This document shows positions 42,629 through 57,819 of a stretch of 64,000 nucleotides of DNA, piece after piece (the stretch's first letter is position 1; every line of letters begins with the position of its first letter). The DNA comes from Eledone cirrhosa (Eukaryota). A program made the translations under genes and the position numbers. The stretch spans positions 44,826,001 through 44,890,000 of the forward strand of contig OZ024746.1 in the NCBI GenBank assembly GCA_964016885.1, written 5' to 3'. The notes beneath the pieces are model-generated. The model was not told the DNA's origin. It made no database searches and saw only the letters and a program-made list of their open reading frames with translations.

Positions 42629-42917
42629 TATAAACGTTTGTATATGTATAATAAAGCCAAAACAATGCAGGTATGGACATAGAATAAAGAATAAAGATAT
42701 TGTTGACAATTAGATTTATTTAAATGTCCTTAATTTTCGAGATAATATCTCTTCTCCGGAGGGGAGTAAAGCAGTTTAATCAGTGTTCTAAATAGCTTGC
42801 CAAGCCCGCTATTTAGAACACTGGTTTAACCGCTTATATATTTTGCATTTGCATTCTTTATTCTATGTCCATACCTGCATTGTTTTGGCGTTATTCTACA
42901 TATACAAACGTTTATAT
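42629..42917. repeat. Nested inverted repeat, PLE-terminus-like, with degenerate HHR at about 42729-42763 (-)
   Basis: Arms 42629-42692 / 42853-42917. cct CCGGAGA a gagat att atctc GAAA at TA agg. Confidence 0.5.
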
Positions 42918-43577
42918 ATAAAGTAATATAAAAGACTGAAGATTCATCTTATATATATATGTATATAACGAAGGAGGTGTGGTAAGGAACCAGATGGACC
43001 ATAACGCACCAGAGTACTCAATACTTAGGGTAGTAGAGTGGGTAATAGGAAAACGCTTAACCCCGACGGCAGAGCTCAAGCCGTTTCGACGGCTATTTCT
43101 GGACTAAAAAAAAATGTCCAGAAATAGCCGTCGAAATGGCTTGAGCTCTGCCGTCGGGGTTAAACTTTTTCCTATATATAGATATATATATATATAAATA
43201 ATATAAAAGAATGAAGATTCCCCTAATATATATATATATATACATATGTGTGTATATATAGGTGTAAGTGCACTAAATCCCTTTCTATCACGCTCCACTC
43301 TCCTACCCATCACAGGAATATGTATGTGTATGTATATTGCTTCCACCCCCTCACTGACCAGCAGCTGGCCAGTTGGTGATTGCTAAATCTGACCTTTATA
43401 AAATAACCCACACCCCAAATAACTTCTCATTCACTACCAGAAAGGGATACAGCAGTCAACCTGTTGTTGCTACCAAGATGAAAACTGCTATGAAATCCCA
43501 CAATGAATTTTATACTTGAATTTTCAAGTCTCAAATTTTAACTCTTCGTATTATAAATTTTTCTTAATATTAATCAA

Positions 43578-43621
43578 CATTTGAAAAGATGGCTTTTGCA
43601 GACCCATCGAAACCGGTCATT
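43578..43621 (+). ncRNA. Degenerate minimal PLE hammerhead
   Basis: TTGAAAA gatgg cttttgcagac ccatc GAAACCGGTC. Confidence 0.45.
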
Positions 43622-43880
43622 TTTTATACCCTTTATTATTTCCTTACCTTATAAAATTATGTTTTTTCACAAAAAAGTATTCTGTCTCTTATATATTCCA
43701 TGTGCCATTACCAACCTCAATTTTCTCTATAACCTTCGCTTTGTGTAGAAAATTACACTTTTCATATATATATACATATATACATTTACAAATTTATAGT
43801 AACAAAATAAATTATAGCTTTTATTTTGGCCTTTCAAAATTTCCTTATCAAATTGTGTGTGCCTGTGTGTGTGTGTGTGT

Positions 43881-43983
<103 letters not shown>

Positions 43984-44102
43984 TGTGTGTGTCTGGGCTT
44001 TCATGCTCATGCCATCTAACATTTTGCTTACAAACCTTTGATGAACATGAAGCATTAACGGAAACACGCATTTGAACTGAACCTGAAAATGCGTGCTTGC
44101 GA

Positions 44103-44580
44103 GGCAAACTCTTTAATCAAACAGCAATTTGTCAATTATGTACTAACATAAACAAATATGTAGTGCTCTCAGACAATCTTGGTGAATAATAATCCTCTTT
44201 GTGAAAATGTAATTAAAAATATACTGAATATTAGCGAAATTTTATAACTAAATACTGTATATGATATGTAGCAACTCATATACTCTGATTATACTTAGGT
44301 GTTTTATTCAACTGCTTTAAATCGAAAAGATAATTTAAACGCAAACTCTTTAATCAAACAGCAATTTGTCAATTATGTACTAACATAAACAAATATGTAG
44401 TGCTCTCAGACAATCTTGGTGAATAATAATCCTCTTTGTGAAAATGTAATTAAAAATGTACTGAATATTAGCGAAATTTTATAACTAAATACTGTATATG
44501 ATATGTAGCAACTCATATACTCTGATTATACTTAGGTGTTTTATTCAACTGCTTTAAATCGAAAAGATAATTTAAACGCA
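44103..44580. repeat. Near-perfect 238-bp tandem duplication
   Basis: gcaaactctttaatcaaac at 44103 and 44341. Confidence 0.9.
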
Positions 44581-44924
44581 ATTGTATATTCTTATTTTGG
44601 CTTTGTTAAATTCTTTACCTAATCATTAACATATTCTCTTATTTTTTAGCCTCATTTAGATTTAGAAGTTACATATTGATAAAAAGAATATAATAATTCG
44701 ATTCTAAAAATATCATCAACATAATTTCGAGGCAAGCACCTGTGATGCTGTTATTAAAAGAAAACAGTAAAACAGCTAACGGTTGCTTAATAATTATACA
44801 CGTCTAGTCAGTGAATGTGTAGAAGACTTGTCGTTTAGTATTGGGTATAGTCATTTCCCGAAACACAGACACACAGCTATTTGTGTATATCTATCTACCT
44901 CTCCCGCTCTCACTCTGCCTCTCT

Positions 44925-45021
<97 letters not shown>

Positions 45022-45387
45022 CATGTGTGTTTGTGTGTGTGTGTCTGTCTGTGAAGGCGCATGGCTTAGTGGCTAGTTCAATCTCGGGCCGGGAGTGGTG
45101 CGTTGTTTTCTTTAGCACCAGTAAATTGCGTAAAATTAACTATGAAAACCTTCATACCTTAACGATGAATAATTTCTAGTACTATTAGCGTCCATTTGAA
45201 ACTACGTAAACAACTCACCACAAATACGATACTTATTTTGAAGATTGGTCTTTTAGGGTTTTGAAACAATGACAAATATATGAATTCAAATAAAGCACTG
45301 ATAAAGAAAGAGGAAAGATCATTAATAAAAGAAAATATCAAATTCGAACACAGTCAGGTTTACACACACACACACACGAACGCGCGC

Positions 45388-45423
<36 letters not shown>

Positions 45424-48400
45424 GACTTTAACATCTGAAACTGCTTCGCATTTTCTGGTGAGAGAGATGCATGTGGGAATTCAAAGGATAAAGCCTACAA
45501 TATTATATGGCCTTTCTCATTGAATATCAGTTTAACGTTTTTCATCATCGTTGTAATCATTTAATATTTATCTAATCTTAGGAAAATATTGATTTACAAT
45601 TGTCTCGCCTAGCAAGAAATTACCGAATCTAGAAAAGGTATTGCGAGTCAATGACACTTAGCCGTATATATGAAGAGAAACGGGTGAGCTCAGTCCAGCT
45701 ACTTAATGTTTATAGCAGCAGAAATATTGTTTAATTATGTAGGTGTATTACTGCAGAGTCATAGGGGATGGCGCATAATAAAATGTATTTTCTATTGATA
45801 TGTCAATTGTGAAGCAAAACTAAGACCCGAATAAGTTTGTCCTATAGTAATAACAATTATCTTACAAGTAAACGGTTGAACGTGTTAAATGTGTAAAAGA
45901 TAATAGCGGTGTTTGCCGTCGGAAACTACCAGAATACAACTGGTAGTAATGTTTGGTGATAAGAGATGATGCCATTAGATAGTACCAATTCTCCCAAATG
46001 TACGCTCTTCTCATTTCATGTCACAAGATATCCACCCGAATAATTTTGGAATTTGTGGCATATAAGCAGCCCAATGATTTAACTATATGATGGAGTCATT
46101 GCCTAAACATCGTCAGATTCCATTACTTAGAAATAATGAATAATCGGGATATTCACAAAGCACTGTGCTCAATATAAAAAAAAGTTCCATTACTCTCACC
46201 CTTTTCCTATATACTGTTATGTGCTAATGCTATGTAAGGTCTCTATCACATGATAACTAAGGCAAAATGAAATGGTGCTGCAGGAAATACGAATATTGTT
46301 AGCAGAGCAATGAACATAACATCGTTATTATAATGAAGGGCACATTATCAGTGAAATCGAAGAGAATTATAGCATCGCTATAGTTCTGGCTAAGCGAGGG
46401 TAATCACAGTTTCAGTTTTGGTGATATTGATATTTACAATAACGACTCTATTTCAGAAAATCTAATTATGAACATCTGAATTATATTTATTTCCAAATTA
46501 TACTACTTCATAAAAACGACCAGTGGTCGTAACTTATCAAACAGATTCAAGAGTAATCGCCTAAACAAGTTTCAGAAATATAATAAATATTTACTAAAAA
46601 GAATCTTATTGCATTCACTTGGGTCTAATCGTGGTCATATTTCTTATATATTTCTGTATCTAATGCATGTTAGAAATAGAGATAGAAACTTTGTGTGAGA
46701 TAAAGAAAGATGAACAACAACAAAATAATCATTAAGGGTGAAAGAAATAGAAAGCAAGGGGACTACAAATAAAATTATCAAAAACAAAATAAAGGGAGAG
46801 CTATATAGTAGAAAATGAGATAGAGATTCGTATTAAATGAAAGACTGAAATTGGTGAAGAATGGTAAATAGATGAAATTAATGAAAGGAACGTGACAGTG
46901 AAATAAAAAGAGAGAAACAAAAGACGTAAGAGAGTTGGAGAGAAGAGGTAGATTCAGAGAGGGGAAAATTTATTCAGTGATAAAATGTACAAGTAAGGGA
47001 GTATAAAGTATTAAATATAAGATAAAAAGAGAAAATATTACATTGATACCCGGAAATATAATTTGAAATTCTGAATAAACAATTGGTGAAATCGGCATTA
47101 TTCCGATAATAAAATCAGTTCTGGGACATTTAGAAATTGATGTCCTCGCAATCTAATCAACGTAAAGAAGCATTGTCTAAATTCGTAATTTTTCCGCATG
47201 AGTGGTATATAGAGTGAATTTCGCTTCTGTAAAGTTGTTCAGCCTTATTGATCTAATAAGAGAACACATTTCTAAAACCATATCAGCCTGGATGAACAAA
47301 TAAGAATCCATATTAGTAAAGGCAGGTCACTTTGTGGCAAATATTTCTCAAGTCGATTCCGAAACTTTTATGAAGCAATTGTTTGTTATTATACAGTTAA
47401 TCTATTGAAATAAATCAAAGGAATAAAGAAACAGAATACATTATTAAAATAATGAATTATTAATATTCTAGAAATACCAGTCAGGCGTTGAGATTGATGC
47501 ATGTGTCCACACATATGAAAAATATGAAAGAATAGTCGTCATGTGACGTCCTTCCGGATGTTGTATGTTTATAGATAGTAAAAAGTTACAAGCACTTCTG
47601 TTTTGCCGTCCATATGATTAATCACATTCGTTGTCCCTGACCGATGTCTCTCATAGTAAATGATCTATAAATACTTTCTTATTGAAAGTTATCTCCTTTT
47701 ATTATCTCCCGTCTAATTATATCAGGTGAATATTATTTCAGTTTTCAGAATTATGATTACAAATTTTGTATTGGTGGAGAGAATTTCTCTCAGTATTGAT
47801 GTTTTTATTAATTTACAGTTGCGTATATACGTCAAAATTATTGGGGAAAATTATTATTTGATTGTTTGTGTGAAGCAATAATTACAAAAGATGCTGGTTT
47901 AATTGAGTATTCTCCAATAGCTGAAGAGCAAATGATTTAGCAATCTACAATATTTCCATACTTTTACAATGGTTTTAACAACTATTGCATTCATATTATT
48001 CTGTCCGAAGATTCTCATATGATTTAATATCCATACAACTATGACCTACTACAATTTAGTTCCAAATATTTCCGATTAAACATGTCATTTATCATTTGAG
48101 ATAATTATATCAGAGCGCCGCAAACCACTAATGGTAAGTAAACTTCAAGATCGTTCGATGCCCATGATGAGGTTTTGTTGTATCTTGTCACGTTAATTAG
48201 GAAATATGTTATACATAACTATATATATATAGTGCGTTGGTGTATCGCAAGCAACATGTTTGTACGTCTGGTGAGGAAAGAAAGGAGAACAAGATAGTGG
48301 TTGGAACAAACATTCGTGTTAATATTTATTTTATTTATCACTAACCAGGGACTTTGCGCAACTGCATCGTCTACACAACCCATCATAAATATATATGTAT

Positions 48401-48706
48401 ATATAAATATATATACACATATATAGGGGCAGATCGATAGTGGAATCGGGTCCTTAACTCCTATGGGTGACCTTGAGCTAATTCTCTGCGAAATGCGCAT
48501 AACAGGTCGATACACAATAAATATCTGATATATGTAAACACACTTCCTCGTTTTTTTTTCTATTATATATAGTATAAATAAAGTTTCATATACCTAACAG
48601 CTATGAACTTTCTTTATACCAAATAAGCTCTCTTCCAATAGATTGAACTTTTTTTGCTTGAAGTATTACATACGGATATCCTGCACACACACACACATCC
48701 CCCCTC

Positions 48707-48778
<72 letters not shown>

Positions 48779-48932
48779 ATTTGTGTGTGTGTGTGTGTGT
48801 GTGTCTGTGTAACATAGGTTGTTCAGCATTTACTGGTGAGTTTGATAGACTCGCAGAGCGTATGTATTAAGAAAATGTGATGAGGTTTCGTTTAATTGAT
48901 AATCGATAAAATATGTAAACGCTTTTTCTTAA

Positions 48933-49610
48933 TACGAGAGGCGACTGAAAAGTGTTGAGCCTCACACAGAAAACAAATAAGTATACATATGAGATTTTGT
49001 CTGGGAAATCCGGACATGTTCTTTCAGTGCTAGACAGGCTTCATGTTACAAACACTTTTTCATTTCTCTTCGCAGATTCTTAAAGTTGACGTACTCAGAC
49101 CTTTTATGAAAAATAGGGAAACTCGAGTAACGAGACGTGATATAGTATCTGCAGGTGAAAGGCATCACACCAGCTGTGATCCATATGGGCATGCAAGACA
49201 CGTTAGGGAAAGATGCCCCGTCATATGTTACGGTCAAACACCAGGATGAAGAATTCAAATGGGGAAAGGAAGTCAGGGATATGACCCGATGTCTGGGAGG
49301 CCACCAACACTGACCACACCAGCGACACTGAACTTGTGCTTGGGATGGTAATGGTGGATCGACGACCGTTATCTAATCAAATAGCAACCTTATTATGCAT
49401 CTCCCAGGAACGAGCCAATAATATTCCGACGAAAGAGCTTGGTTTGAGAAAGTTGTCTGCACGCTGGGCTCCACGTCATTACAGCGAGGAACAGAAGCAC
49501 ACTCGTAGCACCATGTCCGCCAAAGATTTGGACATTTTTCGTATCCACCATACATGCCAGACGTCGCCCCTCCGACTCCCACCGCTTCCTAAATATGAAA
49601 AAGGATATGA
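48933..49610 (+). mobile_element. Internally deleted mariner transposon
   Basis: TA-starting TIR-like tacgagaggcgactgaaaagt. DAPSYVTVK..EFKWG, GRPPT, LGLRKLSARWAPR (WVPx motif), then a jump to PPYMPDVAPSD (YSPDLAPSD motif). Confidence 0.8.
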
Positions 49611-50448
49611 CAGGGCAATAATGAATGGCTCGATAATGAATAGGTAAATATAAAAGAAGAGACACGTGAAAAACTATGCATTTATATGTATACGTGCATG
49701 TAATAGTTAATAGAAAAAGCATATTTCAGAACACGGTATTAGAAGATTAACACAATGAAAGGTATGTACATTTGAATTACGACACGTATATATACGAATA
49801 ATTGATTTTCGCGTTGAATTTGATTTGTACTTTGGTGTGTTGGCATGTAAATGTCAGGTCATCTGTGCGAGAGTAGTGGGTTCTGAATTTTCTTCAAAGC
49901 ATATATATGTATACACAAAGACACACACACACGAACACATATATATATCAGAAAATTGGAGGCGGTAAAAACCAGTTAGACGATTACTCACAAGAGTACT
50001 CCATACTTGTGGTAGTAGAGTGGGTAATATGAAAAAATTCAGGGCTCGAACGGCTGGGCACCGGTCGTTTCAACAGCTATATATATATAAGTATGTATGT
50101 ATGTTTGAAAGTACGTATATGTATATCTGGGTGTATGTATGTATGTTGGTTTTATATGTAAATGGTTTCAAACGAGATACTGAATGCATACCTATTTGGA
50201 GATTGTCATCTGAGAGTCAAGGCGTATCACTACGTATTATTGCATAATTCAGAGCAGTTGATAGCTTCATCATTGTTTAAGTAATCGTTACATAAAGAAA
50301 AGCAATATTGATCTTTTTCTTCTGATTCAGACACACAGGAAGACACGCTCGCACACACACATACAGACACACTCACTTACACATGCACGCATCCACATAT
50401 GTATATATATATATAAAGAGAGAGAAAGAGAGAAAGAGAGAGAATGAG

Positions 50449-50485
<37 letters not shown>

Positions 50486-50798
50486 TAGAAAGAGAGCGAG
50501 AGAGAGAGAGAGAGAGAGAGAATGAGAGTGAGAGAGTGAGTGAGAAAATGATAGTAAGAGTGTGAGAAACATGAGTTGCTTTATTGCGTCTGTTTACATA
50601 TTACGTAACTCTGTTTCAGAGATTTCCTGAAAGGTTAGGTTTTCACCAGATATCGCTTGTGTAAGTAAACATAGCGAAAACTGAATGAAACCATGAAAGA
50701 AACTTATGTTACACCATCAAAGCGTGTATATACTCTAACTTACCGGTATTGAGTGTTCATTATTTCATTCATATGCATCATGCTATACATACATACAT

Positions 50799-50865
<67 letters not shown>

Positions 50866-50897
50866 CACACACATATACATACACACATATATATACA

Positions 50898-50981
<84 letters not shown>

Positions 50982-51230
50982 TATACATACATATTTGTAT
51001 ATATATATATATATATGTTATATATATGTAAATATATTGGGGGGGGGGGGGGTATGTATGTAGGTAGATAGGTAGATAGGTGCCTGTGAGGGTATGTGTA
51101 TGTGTGTGTATGAGTGTGTTTGGCTGGTCTGCATGATGATGTTCTATGAATTATTAATAAAGACTAGCATTGGGTGACTGAACAAGCAACATTGTAATCG
51201 TATTTGAGTATATATATATATGTATATGTG

Positions 51231-51275
<45 letters not shown>

Positions 51276-51276
51276 G

Positions 51277-51339
<63 letters not shown>

Positions 51340-51391
51340 TATATGTATATATACATATATATATATATACACACATATATATATATATATT

Positions 51392-51468
<77 letters not shown>

Positions 51469-51470
51469 GT

Positions 51471-51508
<38 letters not shown>

Positions 51509-51534
51509 TCGTACGTGCGTGCGTGTGAACATGT

Positions 51535-51638
<104 letters not shown>

Positions 51639-52221
51639 GTGTGTGTGTGTGTTTCTGTGTGTGCGTATTATTGATCGTTAATCTTCCGATTACAATCACT
51701 ATCTAAAAGGAAGATATTTCGCTCTGAAAAAGTTTCGAATATCAAATATTACAAGAGAATTAATAAGGTAAAATGTCAGAATTAAGAGAAATTGCACTTC
51801 GCTAACAATGTTTGCTTATGCTATAAGAGAAATTTCACGTTTGGGGTTGCTTATCAGGAATATTGCCGATATAAAAGTAAGTAGTGTGTACAAAAAGCAC
51901 AAAGAGATAGAATGGTAAGGCATGTCAGTTATTTGGGCATACTGAAATTATAAGAGAAAAATTGATTTAACCTATTTATTCTTTATTCTTTTGTGATAAA
52001 GCTTTGAAGTAGCAATCTATAATATTACATGAAAATATATAATAAGGAAAGTTGTGATCAGCTATAACATTATGCGGAGGAGTTATATTATGATCTATGT
52101 ATATTTTCCATTATCTTATATATTTTTTGTGGCATCCGTTTAAGCTATTGCACTGTATACAAAATATAATGACACAATGAATCATTACATAGAGTATTGT
52201 GCATGTATATATACGTGTATG

Positions 52222-52301
<80 letters not shown>

Positions 52302-52332
52302 TATATATATATTTGTGTGTGTGTATATATAT

Positions 52333-52494
52333 ATAGTAATAATAATAAATTTGAAGACTAAAATCCAAAGAGGGCTCGATAAGGATACATATATGTCAAA
52401 TATATAAGAACCGTAGAGGAAATATTTATTAAAATAACAGATTAAAGTTTAAGCAAAGAATCGCTGCTTTCACCCTTAACGGGATCTTCTGAAA
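52333..52494 (-). mobile_element. Solo PLE terminal-repeat fragment
   Basis: Near-identical to 28977-29137; embedded in (TA)n. Confidence 0.85.
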
Positions 52495-52520
52495 TATATA
52501 TATATACGTATATATATACG

Positions 52521-52605
<85 letters not shown>

Positions 52606-53245
52606 ATATGCATATATATAGATATTTGGTGAGGGCCATATTGTTATAATATTGCAAGAAATAATAATAAAACCCACTCACTGTCTGGCTTTGTTTGGTT
52701 TTCGCTTCCATATATATTATATCCCTAATTTAGCTGGCAATCAATGTTTATCATTTATTGACCAACCATTAAAAATATAGATATAAATATATATATGGAG
52801 TCTATCAAATTACCTTCATCTGTGACATCATCAGTAGTACTATTATATTTTCTCCCGTTGTATTGTAATGTCTATTCTATTTGTTATTCCTTTATTTTAT
52901 TAAACATTCTCTTTCAATACTCCTCTCTATGTCAATAAGCGCCAAAAGTTCTCCCGCTCTCCATATCTACTATACAGAACATCTTCCAATCTCCCTCTCT
53001 ATATCATTTTTTACCGAACTCTATCCCTCTATATATATACTACACGGAACTCTCTTCAAATTCCTCTCTCTATAACAATAAATATCAATCTCTTGCCCTC
53101 TTTATATCTAATATACAACACATTCTCCCAACCTTCTTCTCTACATCATTTACCACCAAACTCCACCACTCTCTATAGCTATATCTATCTGTCCCATCTT
53201 TTTCTACATAACATATACAAACATTGTAGCGGTTATACAAATGGA

Positions 53246-53378
53246 TTCTTCTTCTTCTTCTTCTTCTTCTTCTTCTTCTTCTTCTTCTTCTTCTTCTTCT
53301 TCTTCTTCTTCTTCTTCTTCTTCTTCTTCTTCTTCTTCTTCTTCTTCTTCTTCTTCTTCTTCTTCTTCTTCTTCTTCT
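53246..53378. repeat. (TTC)n microsatellite
   Basis: Directly visible. Confidence 0.97.
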
Positions 53379-54580
53379 CAAGATTCAACACCAAATTGAA
53401 TATAGTGAGTTTGGCTTTTATATCTACTTCCTTTTTATGACCGATTGATGAAGCTCCAGCAATTATTGGATTTCTTTCCGCTCCTGGTTTCTAATGCCCT
53501 CAAACACGGCCCAAAGATAGATGAACTTCTCAACCTCTTCCAAGGTAATTTCACTCACATCCAGTGTTAACTGCGAAGACTTTTTGTGAGGTCAAGTGTC
53601 TTATCCTTAACATTACTATATTTTATTCCTGCGCCGACGAATTCTAAATCACCAATAGAAATCATTTAAATGGATACATGTGCACAAACAGAATAAAACC
53701 CAAAATAAATAAATGAATAAAAATGTTAATAATATGCATTAAAATTTCATTCAATTTCAGCTGCAACAGTGTTGTGAGAAATCCTTTTGTAAATCATCAT
53801 TCAGATGCTACGACGTTTAATGAGTAAATAAGGAAGAAAGAAAAGCAATAGGAAATAAGAGGATATATTGAAATTGGATAAAGACAAAATTTCGCTGATC
53901 TTCAAACAAAATTATATATCTTTCTGCATTTACAAATTCATGTTATAAAAGTACAATATTTAGTTTTCAATGTTCCACCTTCTTTTTAATACAACGAGAA
54001 TAGATTGAGAACTAGGAGAATAGAAAGATACACAAAAACCACAAACATAATGTTAATGAGAAAATAATAAGCTATATATAATAGTGTTAAAAACTTACGT
54101 TAACATTTTATAGTGGTTTCCAATTGAAAATTACATCGCAGATATATCTTGATTTACAAAAGACGTACTTGTCTTGAATTTAAGCAGTCGATGACATTTA
54201 ATAATATCATTCATCAAAACAGAGCATATTTTTGTTCATTGTAACCTGATGTGAAATTCAGATTCGACCAAAATAGGTTGAAGTTGAGTTATTTTGGTCT
54301 TAGAAATATACAATCCATTGATATTGCTGCTACCAAGAAAACTCACTAGAAGAATAACACATGAGGTAGAAAAAGATGCACTACTGAAGTGTTTAGGGCC
54401 TGTCATTATACGGTGAAGAAATGTGATGACATAGAAAGGTGGTAGAATGCAGAGAATCATCGCCAAATCAGATACCATGCAAATACCAATATACATCAGC
54501 AAAATTCGTTTTTCTCTTGTTATCTAATACCAATGGTTTATATATTAATATATATATATATATTAATATATATATATATA

Positions 54581-54633
<53 letters not shown>

Positions 54634-55185
54634 GTCTGTTTTTTTTATCATTAATTTTGTTATGACCTGTTTAGCTTGATTTGCTTTTTGGCTTAGGTGG
54701 TTAATGCTTTCTTCACAATTTTTTCAGTTTTAACATATTGTTTAGCTTGCCAGCATAAATCTGATTTTTGCGTTTCGTTTCGCTTTTTCTACCCGCCGAA
54801 ATGCGATTCTCGCTGAATTTATATTTGTATTAATCTCCCGAGTCTTACAATTAACCTGTTAATAATTCTATTGACAGATTAATTGCATAAGTTTATTTTA
54901 AAATCTACCCGGTTGAGTGCTTATTCGATTTGTGCTATTTATGCAATTTTTTGCATGATATACACATACTGAATTCATTTGCCAAAATCTGGGCTTTTTC
55001 CCCTTGTGAATTACACATGTGCTTTTACGGAGCTCAATGTCATTCACAAATTTGGTACAGAGCAAAATACCTGTTGATAATGTGATATTCCTTGTTCGAT
55101 CATTATACCTAAAGCTTATAGTTTTATCACTTTCTGCTGCTTAAACCATTTTGTTTGTTTACCCTAGCGTCCCCTTTATTTACGT

Positions 55186-55287
55186 GTCCCAACGACTTTT
55201 TTTTAGCCGTTGCTCGCACCAACCTGAGGTATATGGCCTTTAATGCGACGAAATGCCTACGACGGTTGGATGGCCACTGATGAGGAC
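55186..55287 (+). ncRNA. Candidate permuted hammerhead ribozyme (family 3)
   Basis: gtcc caacgact ttttttt agccgttg c tcgca ccaac ctga ggtat A tggcc tttaa tgcga c GAA atgcc tacgacg gttgg at ggcca CTGATGA ggac. The downstream catatgtaacccat tail is shared with the 17.6-kb family. Confidence 0.8.
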
Positions 55288-55419
55288 AAACTTTTTCATA
55301 TGTAACCCATTTGCAGCGCCGCAGCTCTATTATTATCATATTTACATATATATATATATATATAATCTACGAAATATTGGAGCAGATCAGAGAGAGGGGA
55401 TGGGTTAGAAAGTAAAAGA

Positions 55420-57700
55420 CAAAGGGGGCAGAAATAAGGTAGATAAATGTTTGTGTTTGATTCTTTTCTTAGACCCCTTGTAATGAAAGATCGTGTTACT
55501 AGTTAGTAGTTTTACAATAGATTGTTCAGGTAGTGGCTAGAAGAACATAGATTGTGTACGGCCTGTTTGTGATAAAGTATAATTCAATGGTATATGGCTC
55601 GTTTGAATCGATCATAGTTTGTACTTATTAACATTATTCACTGCCTGATACGATTGAATCTAATCTAGCTTAGACAATGGTGGATTGAAATCTGAGAGCT
55701 TACTTTAGATTTCTCCAAGAATCTTCCCACCTTTAACTAATCATGCTTTTGCTAAATTATTTTTCTAAACTCGCTATTCATTTGGAATGTCGTCTTTGTG
55801 TAGCCTCTTTGCTAATTCATCTGCTTTCCTATTTCCCTAATATATATATTGTCTGGTATCAAAATAATTCTTATTTGATTATTATGTTCTTACATATAAT
55901 TATTCTTTCTCTGTAGAACGCCCTCAGTAGCTCTAACTCGACCCATTGTTTTTTTATTGAAACAGATGGGTAAACTAACATTAAATAGAAAACAGTTATC
56001 CATAGCATTTGTTTAGCTCAATCAATGAATAATATCATTTCCCTGTGAAATCCTTGTGTAATTTGAAGTTTATATCAGTATTATAATTATTTTCACAGAC
56101 CAGGTAGCTCTGCACTCCATTAACTATATTTGACTCGGCCGTTAAAACAGTTTGACTGAACAATATTGTTTTCGAATCCTCTTTTTTAATTGTTATTTTG
56201 AAGGGTTGTAATTGTTCTATCTATAGAGGAAGCTGAATATCATGTTATTTTCATGTTTAAGAAAATGAACTGAGAAATTGACAATTTATGTTTCCTAGAT
56301 TCATCTATCAACAAGTCAGTAGGATTTAACCTTGCTTCCTGTTTCGTGAAAAATAGCTATTCTGAGAGTAGGCATGAGACAACCCGATATAATTTACCCC
56401 ATTTGAGTAGGACATTGTCAATTGAAGATAGTCAGTGCTTCTGTCCTCTCATACCCAGCTGCAATACAAAACTTGAGCGTGGATGTGACACTTGGGATTA
56501 TATAACATTTCAAGTGTTTGCATGTTCGGCAGTGGTATTCTTTTAATCACATGCTATGTAGAGGTCATGTATTTCAGTGAATACTTAAGTTGATATTCCC
56601 TTTTCAAAACAGTTTGTAACAAAATACCTATGATCCCTATAAACTTTTCCGGCATTGCCAGCTGCTACATTAAACATATTTCATAACTGAGATTTGAAAG
56701 GCTCGGGATTGTGGAAATGAGTCTATTATGATTCAGAGGGATAAAATTGTTTACTATTTGTGTTTGTCCATTTAGCTGTAGTTGATATTGTTGTGCATAA
56801 TCTAGTTTTATTGTTATGGGTTACGATAATGAAGTATATAACATGATATCATCTGCAAAACCTGACACTACTACAATTTAAAGTAAAGGATGTGTCAAAT
56901 TATGTTGAGTAAAATAGAAATAGAATGGGTTAGACTGGAAAGCCTTGTGGGAAACCCTTTAGAATGTACACAATTTGGCTTTTCTCATTTCTAACAATCG
57001 ATTCTGTACTACGATTAGTGAGAAATCTATCAACTCAGTTGCAAAGATAGTTGGGAATTTTGCAATGATATAATGTTTTAACTAGTCGTGAACTGCCTTA
57101 TTGTAAGTTCTATGCATATATAATCAGATCAAGCTGTTTGATTTAAAAAAATAGTTTTGAGGTTGTGATAAACGTGGTTGTTTCATGTACTCAATCCTCA
57201 ACAATGGAATTGAGATTGATAAACAAATTAGATATCGTATCTGGATCTGTGACCGTTTCCTTCTTAAACACATATTTAACTGATAGTATCTCTTATTCAA
57301 TATTAGGAGGGAGGCGATATTTGAAGTAAGAGGGATAAATTCTTTGTGATAAATTTTTATTTTTATTCTAAAAGAAAAGTTTCGCCAGTTGGGACAAAAA
57401 TTTGGAGATGTCTGAAATTACCTCTCTATTGCGTTCATGTATAAAATACTCTAAAATTGTTTGGATTGATTTTGGTTTAATCATTGATTTTTATATATGC
57501 TATATATGAGCCATGGACTCCAGTTTAGCCTTATTAGTCCAAAAATCATTTTGGGCTTGTTTTGCATGCTTTTAAACCATTTTCTTTGATATTTTATACA
57601 TTTCATAATTGGTATTGCTGGATGGTATTGCATCTTTTAATGAATGGGTTGTTTTCCTTCTTCAATCAACTATGCCTTATTTTACTCGTTATACATATAT
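55420..57700 (-). mobile_element. Highly degenerate LINE with RT and RNase H remnants
   Basis: Minus strand: GFPQG (about 56941-56958), GFADDI (about 56843-56862) and GNRKADELAK (about 55808-55838, RNase H GNxxAD motif), in the expected order. Confidence 0.55.
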
Positions 57701-57819
57701 GTAGATACATACATATCATAACTTATTGCGTGTAATGTTATAAACCTCTGTGTATAATGTACAATTTTTTTACAGTATATGAAAGGCATATATTAGGTTT
57801 TTTTTTAGGTTATATGTCT

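Noticed and set aside
44103-44580. 238-bp tandem duplication as a possible retrozyme
   Set aside because: No hammerhead core with matching stems found; likely a local duplication or assembly artefact.
54236-54502. 88-aa hydrophobic ORF that could be a membrane-protein exon
   Set aside because: No recognisable motif or clear splice context; expected by chance in AT-rich DNA.
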